Source: a plasmid. From it: DNA of 64,000 nt. Position 1 is the stretch's first letter. Every line of letters begins with the position of its first letter. The DNA lies in the sequence record NZ_CP019209.1. One strand, written 5' to 3'. Position numbers and translations under genes: made by a program. Shown piece after piece: positions 18,843 through 28,175 of the stretch. The notes beneath the pieces were generated by a model. That model was not told where the DNA came from. It ran no database searches and worked only from the letters and a program-made list of their open reading frames with translations.

Positions 18843-19651
18843 GGTTCTGTTGCAAAGTTTTAAATAAAGAATAAAGTCCCTTACGGTATCTATGATTTAA
18901 GCTGGGATTCCCAATAATACCTTGATTTCAGTACAGACCGAAAACCCGAAGAGAGTGCCTTCTTTTCGGGTTTTCTTATATAATCCTCGGATGGCTTCCA
19001 TGCCTTTAATCGTGGTAGAGGCAGTGCGTAAACTTCGATAGAATTTATTGCGTCTCTTTACTGGACGATGGTCTTGTTCAATCAAATTATTCAGGTATTT
19101 AATGGTACGATGTTCTGTCCCTTGATAAAAGCCGTATTCTTTTAGTTTCTTAAAGGCACTTGTAATAGAGGGGGCTTTATCTGTGACTACAACCTTCGGT
19201 TCATCAAACTGCTTCACTAACCGCTTAAGAAAAGCATAGGCTGCTTGTGTGTCCCGTTTTTTACGTAACCAAATATCCAAGGTTAAACCATCTGCATCGA
19301 TGGCTCGATACAAATAATGCCATTTTCCTTTAATTTTGATGTACGTTTCATCCATTTTCCATGAATAAAAGGATTTTTTATTTTTCTTTTTCCAAATTTG
19401 ATAGAGTAGTTTGCCATATTCTTGCACCCAACGATAAATCGTCGCATGAGAAACGTTAATGCCACGATCATATAAGATTTCTTGAACTTCACGATAGCTA
19501 AGGTTATAACGAAGATAGTAGCCCACGGCTACAATAATCACATCCTGCTGAAATTGCTTTCCTTTAAAATGATTCATCGTCATTCCTCCTGCTATCTTTT
19601 TCTATTATTCTACCTTATTTGATAGTAGATTTAAAACTTTGCAACAGAACC
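18843..19651 (-). mobile_element. IS1216-like IS6 element, copy 2 (intact)
   Basis: 809 bp with the same 18-bp inverted repeats and an intact 228-aa transposase. Confidence 0.85.
18897..19583 (-). CDS. IS6-family (IS1216) transposase
   Basis: 228 aa (MTMNHFKGKQFQQDVIIVAVGYYLRYNLSYREVQEILYDRG…), the canonical IS6 DDE transposase. Confidence 0.9.
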   Translation of the reverse strand: MTMNHFKGKQFQQDVIIVAVGYYLRYNLSYREVQEILYDRGINVSHATIYRWVQEYGKLLYQIWKKKNKKSFYSWKMDETYIKIKGKWHYLYRAIDADGLTLDIWLRKKRDTQAAYAFLKRLVKQFDEPKVVVTDKAPSITSAFKKLKEYGFYQGTEHRTIKYLNNLIEQDHRPVKRRNKFYRSLRTASTTIKGMEAIRGLYKKTRKEGTLFGFSVCTEIKVLLGIPA

Positions 19652-19930
19652 AAAGAACTCATCAAGCTGGCTAATAAGGGTCAAGATTATGAACATCTAG
19701 CAGATGAGATTGATGAGCTGAGAGACAAGCGACAGCTCCTTTTAGTAGAAGATGCCTCCCTCAGTGGCGAGAACGAGCGAATCAATGAGCTGATTGAATT
19801 TATCCGCAAGAACAAATTCCGTACCTTAGAGTACGATGATAAGCTTGTAAGGAAGATAATCCAGAGCGTTACAGTCTATGAAGAACACTTCGTCATATCC
19901 TTCAAATCTGGCATCGAAATGGAAATATGA
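19652..19930 (+). pseudogene. C-terminal remnant of a large serine recombinase, truncated by IS1216
   Basis: …RINELIEFIRKNKFRTLEYDDKLVRKIIQSVTVYEEHFVISFKSGIEMEI* resembles the extreme C-terminus of TndX/TnpX-type large serine recombinases. The ORF begins inside the IS inverted repeat, so the gene is truncated. Confidence 0.35.
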
Positions 19931-20072
19931 AAACCAGAAGTAAATAGCCCATGATTCTACAGTAGAGTCGTGGGTTTTCTTTTGCTTGCTGATTATAATA
20001 ATATTTTAATAACTATTGTTATTATAAACCAAATGATTTATAATATTCTTAGCGTAAACTTGGAGGTGCTGT

Positions 20073-20294
20073 ATGACTACGGCAGAAATGATTAAAGAAC
20101 TGTGTGAGCAAATGAATATAAGTGTTTCCGAACTTGCTAGACGTATTGGACAGACTCCACAGAATTTCAATAAGAAATTACAACGAGAAACGGTAACCTT
20201 AGATGAGTTGAAAGCGATTGCTGATGTGCTAGGTGTCAAGTTTGTGCAGGCTTTTATATTGCCTGATGGCAATGAAATAAAGATAGGTAATTAG
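20073..20294 (+). CDS. XRE-family helix-turn-helix transcriptional regulator
   Basis: 73 aa (MTTAEMIKELCEQMNISVSELARRIGQTPQNFNKKLQRE…), the classic Cro/C1-type HTH. Confidence 0.65.
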   Translation: MTTAEMIKELCEQMNISVSELARRIGQTPQNFNKKLQRETVTLDELKAIADVLGVKFVQAFILPDGNEIKIGN

Positions 20295-20309
20295 GAGGTG
20301 TAATTTGTA

Positions 20310-21152
20310 TTGAAAATCATAACAATAAATGATGTTGAGTATGCTGTATTTGCTGCTAATGAAGGTACTTCCAAACCACAACCTCATATCATAGAAACGA
20401 AATCTGGTACTATTCCAGAAGGAAAACAACTGAGTTTATTAAAAGAATATCTTAAGCAGAATGATATTTCCCCAATAAAAGGAGCAACAACATATTGGTG
20501 CATTGACAAGGTTCTTAAGCTTGATTCAAGTAAAGAAAAAACTATAAGTGAAACAATCCATAAACAAAAATACTTATCTTTAACTGAAGAAAATATTGAG
20601 AAACAGCATAAGTTTGTAGGTGCAAGCTCTAATTATGGGAAAGAAGGTCTAATAATACATGATGTTTTGAATGCATTTCCTCTTCATAATGATTTAAATA
20701 CTATTGCGATGAAGATTGCGGTAATTGATGTAACAAATTCAACACATCTTTCTCAATATAAGAGCAGGTTGTCTCTATATGATTTGGCTAAAGTAATTCT
20801 GGAGATTCCAAATTTTGATGATCGGTTGGCAAAAGGAGATCCTCAGTTGATAAATATTATCGCAAGGAACATTGGTGCAGTTAATATGTTCTCATTTGCA
20901 TCCAAGTACTGTACATATCATAATGTGGAAGTGTGTGGGAGAGATGATTACTCCATCTTTGATGGTATCGTTAAAAATACTCTTCCACACTATATCCAAG
21001 GACTAACTACGAATAAGATTGATACGTGGCGAAGAAGTTTTGATTACGAGGCATTTAACGAATGTGTTGGAAAACTACTTGATGAAAATAATATACATAT
21101 TCCTTTTAGAAGAAGAAAGTTAGATCACTTCTTGTGGTATGCGAATAGGTAG
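20310..21152 (+). CDS. Hypothetical protein (280 aa), AT-rich, no recognisable domain
   Basis: Long ORF with a ribosome-binding site (AGGAGGTG) and a TTG start, directly downstream of the XRE regulator and upstream of the exonuclease-fusion gene. The sequence is not recognised. Confidence 0.4.
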   Translation: MKIITINDVEYAVFAANEGTSKPQPHIIETKSGTIPEGKQLSLLKEYLKQNDISPIKGATTYWCIDKVLKLDSSKEKTISETIHKQKYLSLTEENIEKQHKFVGASSNYGKEGLIIHDVLNAFPLHNDLNTIAMKIAVIDVTNSTHLSQYKSRLSLYDLAKVILEIPNFDDRLAKGDPQLINIIARNIGAVNMFSFASKYCTYHNVEVCGRDDYSIFDGIVKNTLPHYIQGLTTNKIDTWRRSFDYEAFNECVGKLLDENNIHIPFRRRKLDHFLWYANR

Positions 21153-21196
21153 AATATAAGAAAAAGGCATCGTAAAAGTGATTCTGGATAAAATTA

Positions 21197-23017
21197 ATGG
21201 GGGAGGAAATAATAGTGGGATTATTTGATTTTCTAAAGAAAAAACAAGGAAAGGTTAGTAAACACGTTGATTATCAACTGGCTTCTAGTCTATTTCGTAC
21301 TGGTAAAGTTTTTGCTGAAAAATTGGAAGTGGACATATCAAATGTAGATGAGTTTCGTAAAACTTTTATCGCTTTTGATGTGGAAACAACTGGCCTAAAT
21401 TCTTCTTCAGATAGAATTGTAGAGATTGGTGCGGTGCTATTTAAAGAAGGAGTTCCAATTCAATCATTCGGAACTCTTGTCAATCCAAAAGTTAGAATTG
21501 CAGCCTCAGCTTCGGCAATAAATAATATAACTAATGAAATGCTAAACTCTGCTCCAAATGAGCAGGAAGTTTACCCCCAGTTGGTAGAATTTTTAGGAGA
21601 TGCACTAGATGGAAAAATCACTATGTGTGCACACAATGCAAGTTTCGATTTTGGATTTTTAAGTAACACATTTTCTAGACTTGGGTATGATGCTAAAATT
21701 AAGTATGTTGATACTCTGAGTCTCTCTAGAAAACATATAAAAGGCATTGTAAATCATAAGCAAGAGACTGTAGCGGAATATTTCGGATTAATAAATGACA
21801 CTGCCCATAGAGCGGAATCAGATGCAGATATATGCGGAAAGATTTTTTGGGGTGTTTTAGATATTATTGAGGAGTCGTTGGAAGAACAAAAAAAGCAAAT
21901 AGAAAAGATGACTCCAGACATAAAAGAACTTGAAGCTTGTGCTTTTATTCAAGATATTATTGAGAAAAAAGGATGCGACACCAGTTGGATCAGGTATCGA
22001 AAAAACAGTAATAATTATGTCGATGTAACTTGTCTATATACATTCTTAAAGTTTAAGTTTGCTAAGAAGGGAAATTACATCATTATTAGAAAAGATGCTA
22101 CAAATGGAATTGATTTACCTATAGAACCTTGTACTGTAAGTGAAGGCGGTACAACAAATGTGCGAGTCTATTTTCGTAGCCCCTTTGACTTAACGCCTCT
22201 TTCAAATTATATTTTCAGTGCTTATAGCGATTGTTATAATTCTATGAATGAATATATGAGTGTTAGTAATTACACTAAAAAAGAAGCAGAGCAAAGCCTT
22301 AGTATGCTGAAATCTATTTCAAAATCAGCGATGAAAGAGTTATTATTCGATGCAAAAAATCGTGGATATGATGAGACTGAAGTTAACCTAAATATTGAAA
22401 AAGTGATATCTAGAGAAGATGTAATTATTAACGGGTTGCATAATCGAGTTTCATTAAACAAGATACGAAATATAGGGAATTGGGAGAAAGGATTTGATGC
22501 AGGTTATCCATATTGGGAACGTGGAGAAACTGCTAGGAAAAATGGCAAAGTAGATGAAGCTATTGCACTTTTTGATAAAGCTCGATATAACGGCTATGAT
22601 GCTCCTGCGCTATATGATTCTTATGCTAAAGCTTATCGAAAAATTAAGGATTACGATAATGAAATTCTCATTCTTGATGAAGGAATTATGCGTAAAACAC
22701 GGCACGATGTTGGTACTTTAGAGGCTCGTAGGGATAAGGCAATTAAGCTATTATTTGCTAAACAAGAGGCAGAGCGGATAGCTAAGGAAAAATCTGATTT
22801 TCTAAAAGCGAACAAAAAAGAGGATGCGATTAGTGAGCCTAGCAAGAAGCGTGGAAGACAGATTATTCAAATGACTGATGATGGAACAATAATAAAAGAA
22901 TTCGATACTATAGCTTCTGCTGTAAAAGAAGTTGGCGTTAACTCAAAAAGTATTAGGGATGCTGCAAATGGAGTTCAAAAACATGCTGGAGGATACTACT
23001 GGAAATACAAAGATTAG
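21197..23017 (+). CDS. DEDDh (DnaQ/RNase T-like) 3'-5' exonuclease fused to a central unknown region and a C-terminal NUMOD1/IENR1-like HTH
   Basis: Exo I motif FIAFDVETTGL, Exo II HNASFDFGFL and Exo III HRAESDAD. The C-terminus …GRQIIQMTDDGTIIKEFDTIASAVKEVGVNSKSIRDAANGVQKHAGGYYWKYKD matches the DNA-binding module found at the C-termini of homing endonucleases. The start may be the internal GTG at 21216. Confidence 0.6.
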   Translation: MGEEIIVGLFDFLKKKQGKVSKHVDYQLASSLFRTGKVFAEKLEVDISNVDEFRKTFIAFDVETTGLNSSSDRIVEIGAVLFKEGVPIQSFGTLVNPKVRIAASASAINNITNEMLNSAPNEQEVYPQLVEFLGDALDGKITMCAHNASFDFGFLSNTFSRLGYDAKIKYVDTLSLSRKHIKGIVNHKQETVAEYFGLINDTAHRAESDADICGKIFWGVLDIIEESLEEQKKQIEKMTPDIKELEACAFIQDIIEKKGCDTSWIRYRKNSNNYVDVTCLYTFLKFKFAKKGNYIIIRKDATNGIDLPIEPCTVSEGGTTNVRVYFRSPFDLTPLSNYIFSAYSDCYNSMNEYMSVSNYTKKEAEQSLSMLKSISKSAMKELLFDAKNRGYDETEVNLNIEKVISREDVIINGLHNRVSLNKIRNIGNWEKGFDAGYPYWERGETARKNGKVDEAIALFDKARYNGYDAPALYDSYAKAYRKIKDYDNEILILDEGIMRKTRHDVGTLEARRDKAIKLLFAKQEAERIAKEKSDFLKANKKEDAISEPSKKRGRQIIQMTDDGTIIKEFDTIASAVKEVGVNSKSIRDAANGVQKHAGGYYWKYKD

Positions 23018-23055
23018 CAGATAATCTAAGATAACCTAGGATCTTCTTAATAGAT

Positions 23056-24095
23056 ACCCGTGGTGCTAGTTAATTTTAATATCCTAAAGAATATCTCAAA
23101 GTTCCTTCAAAACGTCGTTGTGCTCGACTTAATAGAACACTGTAAGCCAGTAATATGCTTTCAAATCTACTCTCTAGCCCTTTAACAGAACGTGAGTTGA
23201 AATTTTGACAACCTAATTTTTCTAAGGAAGAAAAAACAGTCCCAACTGTTTTTCTTTGTTTTCCAAGTAAGCTGTGGTCTAGTTTTTCTGATTTATCCAT
23301 GTTTTTACGTGGCGGAATGGATATAGTAATGCCCATAAGGGCAAGCTTTTCATGGATTTTATGGCTAATATATCCTTTGTCCCCTAGGATATTGGGAAGA
23401 TTCGCTTCTTCCGATAAAGTCTCTAACACTTTCACGTCATGGACACCTGGATTCGTGATTGAGTAAGTAATCGGAAAGCCAGTCTTAGTAACGATCATAT
23501 GAATTTTAAGACCATAAAAATAAGATTTTTTTGTTGAGTTATAGCCAACTTTGGCTATTTGATTCAATAGTTTTGCTTGTCTATTTCTAACTGGTTTACA
23601 TAATGGACTAGGAAAACTATCTATAATTCCGACTAGTTCACCTTTGGTGAGCTTCTTGATGAAAAAGTATCGAATAATCTTGATAGTGTAAGCTAAGTTT
23701 GAACTTAAGCGAGTGAATCGACTCCTACTAGGAAAGTCACCATTAGGAAATAAGACGGAACAAACCGCTCTATACGTGGCTCTTTGGCTAGTATAGCCAT
23801 TAATTATGCCCCATATAACACAAGCAATAATCACTGTATCGCGTTGCTTCAGTTGATCAGTATTTCTTCGGTTTTTAATCTTATCTGGTACACAATTGTG
23901 GTATATGTTAGAAACAGTTCTCATAATTTCCTTGAATGTTATAAAAGTATCTGTATAATGTTCAGTATATTTTGATGAACGCATATGTAGTCCTCATTTC
24001 TTGGGAGTTTTGAGACTACTATATGCGTTTTTTTGTTGATTTACCAACATGTTTAGACATTTTCCTCTAGGAAAAAATTAACTAGCACCACGGGT
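23056..24095 (-). mobile_element. IS982/IS4-like insertion sequence, copy 1
   Basis: 22-bp terminal inverted repeats ACCCGTGGTGCTAGTTAATTTT…AAAATTAACTAGCACCACGGGT bracket a single 302-aa DDE transposase. Family assignment is tentative. Confidence 0.7.
23076..23984 (-). CDS. DDE transposase (IS982/IS4-like)
   Basis: 302 aa (MRSSKYTEHYTDTFITFKEIMRTVSNIYHN…). Three near-identical copies occur in the window. Confidence 0.7.
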   Translation of the reverse strand: MRSSKYTEHYTDTFITFKEIMRTVSNIYHNCVPDKIKNRRNTDQLKQRDTVIIACVIWGIINGYTSQRATYRAVCSVLFPNGDFPSRSRFTRLSSNLAYTIKIIRYFFIKKLTKGELVGIIDSFPSPLCKPVRNRQAKLLNQIAKVGYNSTKKSYFYGLKIHMIVTKTGFPITYSITNPGVHDVKVLETLSEEANLPNILGDKGYISHKIHEKLALMGITISIPPRKNMDKSEKLDHSLLGKQRKTVGTVFSSLEKLGCQNFNSRSVKGLESRFESILLAYSVLLSRAQRRFEGTLRYSLGY

Positions 24096-24129
24096 TAAAT
24101 CTATATTTTGATATACAAATTACAGCTTC

Positions 24130-24366
24130 AGATACTAAGTTGCATAAACCTTTTCCGGACCCCATACAAAAGGCAATTGATGAATTGGGCATAAAAAATA
24201 AGAAACGATTTATATTGGTGATTCATTATATGACATGCAAAGTGCGAAAGCTTGTGGGATAGCATTTGGTTTAGCTAAATGGGGAGCCAAAAATATAGAA
24301 AATTTTCAAAGTGTAGATATAATTATTGATTCTCCTCAAGAAATACTTGATTTGTTAGAAAAATAG
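24130..24366 (+). pseudogene. HAD-family hydrolase C-terminal fragment (frameshifted), cut by the IS982-like insertion
   Basis: …PDPIQKAIDELGIKNK… then, after a frame change, …GDSLYDMQSAKACGIAFGLAKWGAKNIENFQSVDIIIDSPQEILDLLEK*, HAD motifs III/IV. A terminator hairpin follows at 24372-24412 (AGAGCGTGAGA…TCTCACGCTCT). Confidence 0.35.
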
Positions 24367-24443
24367 ACAAAGAGCGTGAGATAAGGATAGGGTCTCACGC
24401 TCTTTGTTTTTCGCCATTTAAAGATTGAAATTTTTGCCATCGC

Positions 24444-25498
24444 CGATTGTAAAATTAAGCTAGACAACTAAAAAAGTCATTTGTGCTACACTCAAAATAG
24501 TTCCGACCAAAGAATTATAAGGAGTGAGTACAAATGACCTATACCCATCTTACAACGGATGAACTTGTAATAATAGAGTCTTATTTCAAAATGAATCAAT
24601 CTGTTGCTAAAACTGCCCATTGCTTGAATCGTTCAAGACAAACGATCCATAAAGTATATCTGTTCTTCAAGCAAGGAAAATCAGCCTTAGAATATTATCA
24701 ACAGTATAAGAAAAACAAATCAAACTGTGGTAGACGTCCGCTTGTTTTACCCGAGGAACAATCAGAATATATTCAAAGAAAGGTTGTTCAAGGATGGACA
24801 CCCGATGTGATTGTTGGTCGTGCAGCGTTTCCTATTAGTTGTTCTGCTCGTACCATTTATCGTATGTTCAAAAAGGGGCTATTTGATTCTTCTGACTTAC
24901 CGATGAAAGGCAAGCGTAAACCGAATGGACATCAAGAAAGACGTGGAAAACAAACTTTCCGCCGCTCTATTCATGAACGTGAAAAGGATTATAGCCAATT
25001 CTCAAATGAGTTTGGTCACCTTGAAGGTGACACTATCGTAGGTCTGAAACATAAAAGTGCTGTAATTACCTTAGTTGAACGATTATCAAAAGTTATCATC
25101 ACATTGAAACCGTGTGGTAGACAAGCGATTGATATTGAAAAAAAATTAAATCAATGGTTTGAATCTGTACCGAAAAACCTATTCAAATCCATCACTTTTG
25201 ATTGTGGAAAGGAATTTTCAAATTGGAAACAGATCAGTAATGTCAATGATATTGCCATTTATTTCGCTGATCCAGGAACGCCGTCTCAAAGAGGCCTAAA
25301 CGAGAATTCTAACGGATTGTTACGTAGAGATGGTTTATTGAAATCTATGGATTTCAATTCAGTAGATGAATTTTTTATTCAATCTGTCGCATCTAAACGA
25401 AATAATATTCCTAGAAAATCACTGGATTATCGAACACCTTTGGAAGTATTTTTGAGTTACGTAAGTATTGATGATCTGTCTAACTTAATTTGACAATT
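24444..25498 (+). mobile_element. IS30-family insertion sequence
   Basis: Left end GATTGTAAAATTAAG and right end CTTAATTTGACAAT are imperfect inverted repeats around a 319-aa IS30 transposase. Confidence 0.7.
24534..25493 (+). CDS. IS30-family transposase
   Basis: 319 aa with an N-terminal HTH and the C-terminal DDE region (…HLEGDTIVG…FDCGKEF…). Confidence 0.85.
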   Translation: MTYTHLTTDELVIIESYFKMNQSVAKTAHCLNRSRQTIHKVYLFFKQGKSALEYYQQYKKNKSNCGRRPLVLPEEQSEYIQRKVVQGWTPDVIVGRAAFPISCSARTIYRMFKKGLFDSSDLPMKGKRKPNGHQERRGKQTFRRSIHEREKDYSQFSNEFGHLEGDTIVGLKHKSAVITLVERLSKVIITLKPCGRQAIDIEKKLNQWFESVPKNLFKSITFDCGKEFSNWKQISNVNDIAIYFADPGTPSQRGLNENSNGLLRRDGLLKSMDFNSVDEFFIQSVASKRNNIPRKSLDYRTPLEVFLSYVSIDDLSNLI

Positions 25499-25517
25499 AA
25501 GACATTTAAAAAGAAAA

Positions 25518-25763
25518 GTGACAGATAGGAATAAAAACTTATTAAATGTAGTTATGATCTGTTATATTTCATTTCTAATACTAGGTCTTCCACAAGCAGT
25601 GTTTCCTGAAATGTTTTCTGGAGACTGGGGTATTGTCAGCTATTCTATATTAACATTGATTGCTATGGTTTTAGGTACTTCATTTTATAATGCTTTTGTA
25701 AGTAAGCATGTTGAGGAATATGAAGTATTAATGTACTTAAAAGAGAAAAAAACAAGTAATTAA
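25518..25763 (+). CDS. Small two-transmembrane-segment hypothetical membrane protein
   Basis: 81 aa with two hydrophobic segments and no recognisable family. A hairpin terminator lies downstream at about 25918-25958. Confidence 0.3.
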   Translation: MTDRNKNLLNVVMICYISFLILGLPQAVFPEMFSGDWGIVSYSILTLIAMVLGTSFYNAFVSKHVEEYEVLMYLKEKKTSN

Positions 25764-26370
25764 TATGAGAACACCACGCATAGTTTTTATTTTGAGATAT
25801 TCTAGAATGAAACACATTAAGAACGAAAGCAAAGCAAAAGACGCCAGAACTTCTACTACCTTCTAAGTTTTTTCATATTTGTTTGTTATGCTATACATAG
25901 ATCTGCATAATTAGACTTGCGCTGCCCGTTATTGAAGTTTCAGGCAGCGCTCTTTTTGGGGGATCGATAATGGAAGAAGAAAAAATATTTGAGAAACGCT
26001 GGCAGCTAGCATCAAGTGAACAAAGAGCAAGATACAATAATTTGATCACCTCCTACCCCACTGTTGACTAGACATATAAGGAAAAGAAATACTTACTTTG
26101 GCTGTGCCAGTTAGATATAGATACCTTTGAAACATTTGAAGTGATCCTAGATAAAATTAAACAGAATTGATCAGAAACAAGCGAAGCCTTCTCTCGGTTC
26201 GCTTGTTTTGCTATTTATTAGTTGGCTCAGGGCAACTCTAAGCTCGTTTGAAAGAAAACCGATGGATAATCCCCTTGTTTGTACCACTTTAGAATACATG
26301 GATGTACGTATTGCCATTGACTCCTATTAGTTACTGAAAAAAAATTTAAACAAGTTGAGTATTGCAGATA

Positions 26371-26460
26371 AATAGCTCCAGTGAGGTGAATAACTGCTCC
26401 ACTCAAGGCAATAGATAGCTCCATCCAGGGCAACAAACTGCTCCACTTTCATATTTAATA
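26371..26460. repeat. Four direct repeats of 21-22 bp (iteron-like), each containing GCTCCA
   Basis: TAGCTCCAGTGAGGTGAATAA / CTGCTCCACTCAAGGCAATAGA / TAGCTCCATCCAGGGCAACAAA / CTGCTCCACTTTCATATTTAAT. GCTCCA recurs at 26375, 26396, 26418 and 26439 with two-helical-turn spacing. An AT-rich tract follows. Confidence 0.45.
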
Positions 26461-26489
26461 GATGAATAACCTTCTGTATAATAGAAAGG

Positions 26490-26830
26490 CATACCTTTCG
26501 GTATGACAACTTATACAGAATGTTATTTTATTGGTTCACTATCGAAAAATTTTGGAGCTTTATTTTTCCGGTATTTCTCAACGAACGATTAGTTTAACTG
26601 TGGGAAGCTCCAGACATACGATTCGAGAAGTTACTTCTCGAGCAGACAGGAAGGGGGTGACTGAACTAACCGCTGATATGAGCGATACTTGGCTGTAGGA
26701 ATATCTTTTTCCGGAAAAACAAACAACAGCACGAGGTTACCTTCCTGTAGACTGGGAATATGTTCATAAAGAACTAATGAAAAAGAATATGACATTGAAA
26801 CTCCTTCATAGAGAATATGGGGTACATGGA
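26490..26830 (+). pseudogene. IS21-family IstA N-terminal fragment
   Basis: …GISQRTISLTVGSSRHTIREVTSRADRKGVTELTADMSDTWL*EYLFPEKQTTARGYLPVDWEYVHKELMKKNMTLKLLHREY… resembles the IstA HTH and N-terminal region. It has an internal stop and is truncated. Confidence 0.4.
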
Positions 26831-26881
26831 ACATAGAAACGAAAATGCACGGTAGAAAAGCGAATGAATATAGTATAAATT

Positions 26882-27487
26882 CTACAAATCATTCGCTTTC
26901 TTTATTTTATATATGGTTGGTCGAGAGAGACCATTTTCTTTGGCAATTTCTGCAACTGGAACTCCTTGATTTAACATGTCCACCACAGTTTTAAAGACTA
27001 ATCGTTTTTGCGGATCTGTTGAGTTCTCAGAATATTCAATTGGTCGCCCCTTATATCGACCAGCTTTTTTGGCCAATAATACTCCTTGCCGCTGACGTTC
27101 ACGGATTTTCTCACGTTCGTTTTGTGCAATATAACTTAGCAATGATAAAAACATATCGAACATAGCAGTATCTAGGAGTTCATTTCCAGTATTAAAATCT
27201 AAAAACTGTGCATCTAGTATTTTTAATGCTACTTTTTTCTGTTTCATAAAGGTAACTGTATTTTTTATGTCTTCATAATCTCTGCCTAGGCGATCCAGTG
27301 ATGCAACAATGACACAATCACCTTCTCGGATATAATTTAGTAATTTTTGAAACTCAGGTCGCTGGATATCTTTACCACTGGCTTTTTCTTGGAATAATTT
27401 ATCAATGTTAAGGTCTTCCATCATTGCCAATTGTCGATCTAAATTTTGATCTTGTGAAGACACTCTAATATATCCAATTTTTGCCAT
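26882..27487 (-). CDS. Serine recombinase (Tn3-family resolvase TnpR)
   Basis: MAKIGYIRVSSQDQNLDRQ… with the catalytic serine and a C-terminal HTH, about 200 aa. The ORF-track start at 27553 is a spurious extension. Confidence 0.8.
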   Translation of the reverse strand: MAKIGYIRVSSQDQNLDRQLAMMEDLNIDKLFQEKASGKDIQRPEFQKLLNYIREGDCVIVASLDRLGRDYEDIKNTVTFMKQKKVALKILDAQFLDFNTGNELLDTAMFDMFLSLLSYIAQNEREKIRERQRQGVLLAKKAGRYKGRPIEYSENSTDPQKRLVFKTVVDMLNQGVPVAEIAKENGLSRPTIYKIKKANDL

Positions 27488-27608
27488 AAAAACTCCTTTT
27501 AAAAAATGATATAATTTACATGTAAAATTTACTTGTAGTTTTACTGTTATCATAGCATTTTTAAAAATAAATTTTAAGTCTACTTATAATTTACTTTGGA
27601 GGTTTTGA

Positions 27609-28004
27609 ATGAATGAAATTAAGCGCAATAAAAATTCTTTTGGTGTTTATTTAGGAGAGCCTAGCTCGGAACAGTTAAATAAAGGTGAAGCTCGTCATGC
27701 TCTATGTCGAAATATATTTTATGGTAGAAAAGGCAAACTTTATCAAACTTATTACGACGGTATGGAGGAACAGCTCAACGCATTAGGATTAGTAACTAAT
27801 GCTATCATATATTGGAATTCACTATATTTAGAAAAAGTCTTTGAACAAATTAAAACGGAAGGGTTCGACTGTTCCGAAGAAGTGTTACGCAAGCAATTTC
27901 CATTAATTAGTGATCACATTAATTTTGTTGGCAAATATAGTTTCCGCTATGAAAAAGAATTATCGAATGGAATACTACGTCCGTTAAATATAGAGAATTA
28001 TTGA
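27609..28004 (+). pseudogene. Tn3-family transposase TnpA, C-terminal fragment only
   Basis: …HINFVGKYSFRYEKELSNGILRPL… matches the extreme C-terminus of Tn3-family TnpA. The 5' 2.5 kb or so of the gene is absent. Confidence 0.6.
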
Positions 28005-28175
28005 GAATGTTCGTCTTTTGGTTCCTACCGTGCATTTTCGCACGGATGTTCCAGATACTATTTTTGAATGTATAAAATTGAAAACACAAGAATACTAATA
28101 AATCAACGATTCTTGTGTTTTTAATTTTTCACTACCGTGCATTTTCGTTTCTATGTTCCATGTACCCCAATCTTG

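Larger units (their letters stand above)
26818..28170. mobile_element. Internally deleted Tn3-family transposon remnant: inverted repeat, resolvase gene, truncated tnpA, inverted repeat
   Basis: 38-bp inverted repeats GGGGTACATGGAACATAGAAACGAAAATGCACGGTAG lie at both ends, with GGGG outermost. Inside are a serine resolvase gene and only the last 131 codons of a Tn3-family tnpA. A third, partial repeat copy lies at about 28024-28060. Confidence 0.55.

Noticed and set aside
25960-26210. Possible small protein (MEEEKIFEKRWQLASSEQRARYNNLITSYPTVD…, continuing in another frame as …KYLLWLCQLDIDTFETFEVILDKIKQN) ending at a terminator hairpin
   Set aside because: It needs a frameshift to form one ORF and matches no family I can name. 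It is probably a decayed gene fragment, so it is not reported as a feature.
26371-26460. Considered whether the short direct repeats could be a CRISPR array
   Set aside because: There are only four repeats of 21-22 bp, directly abutting with no spacers. There are no cas genes, and the repeats alternate between two variants. Iteron-like repeats are the better reading.
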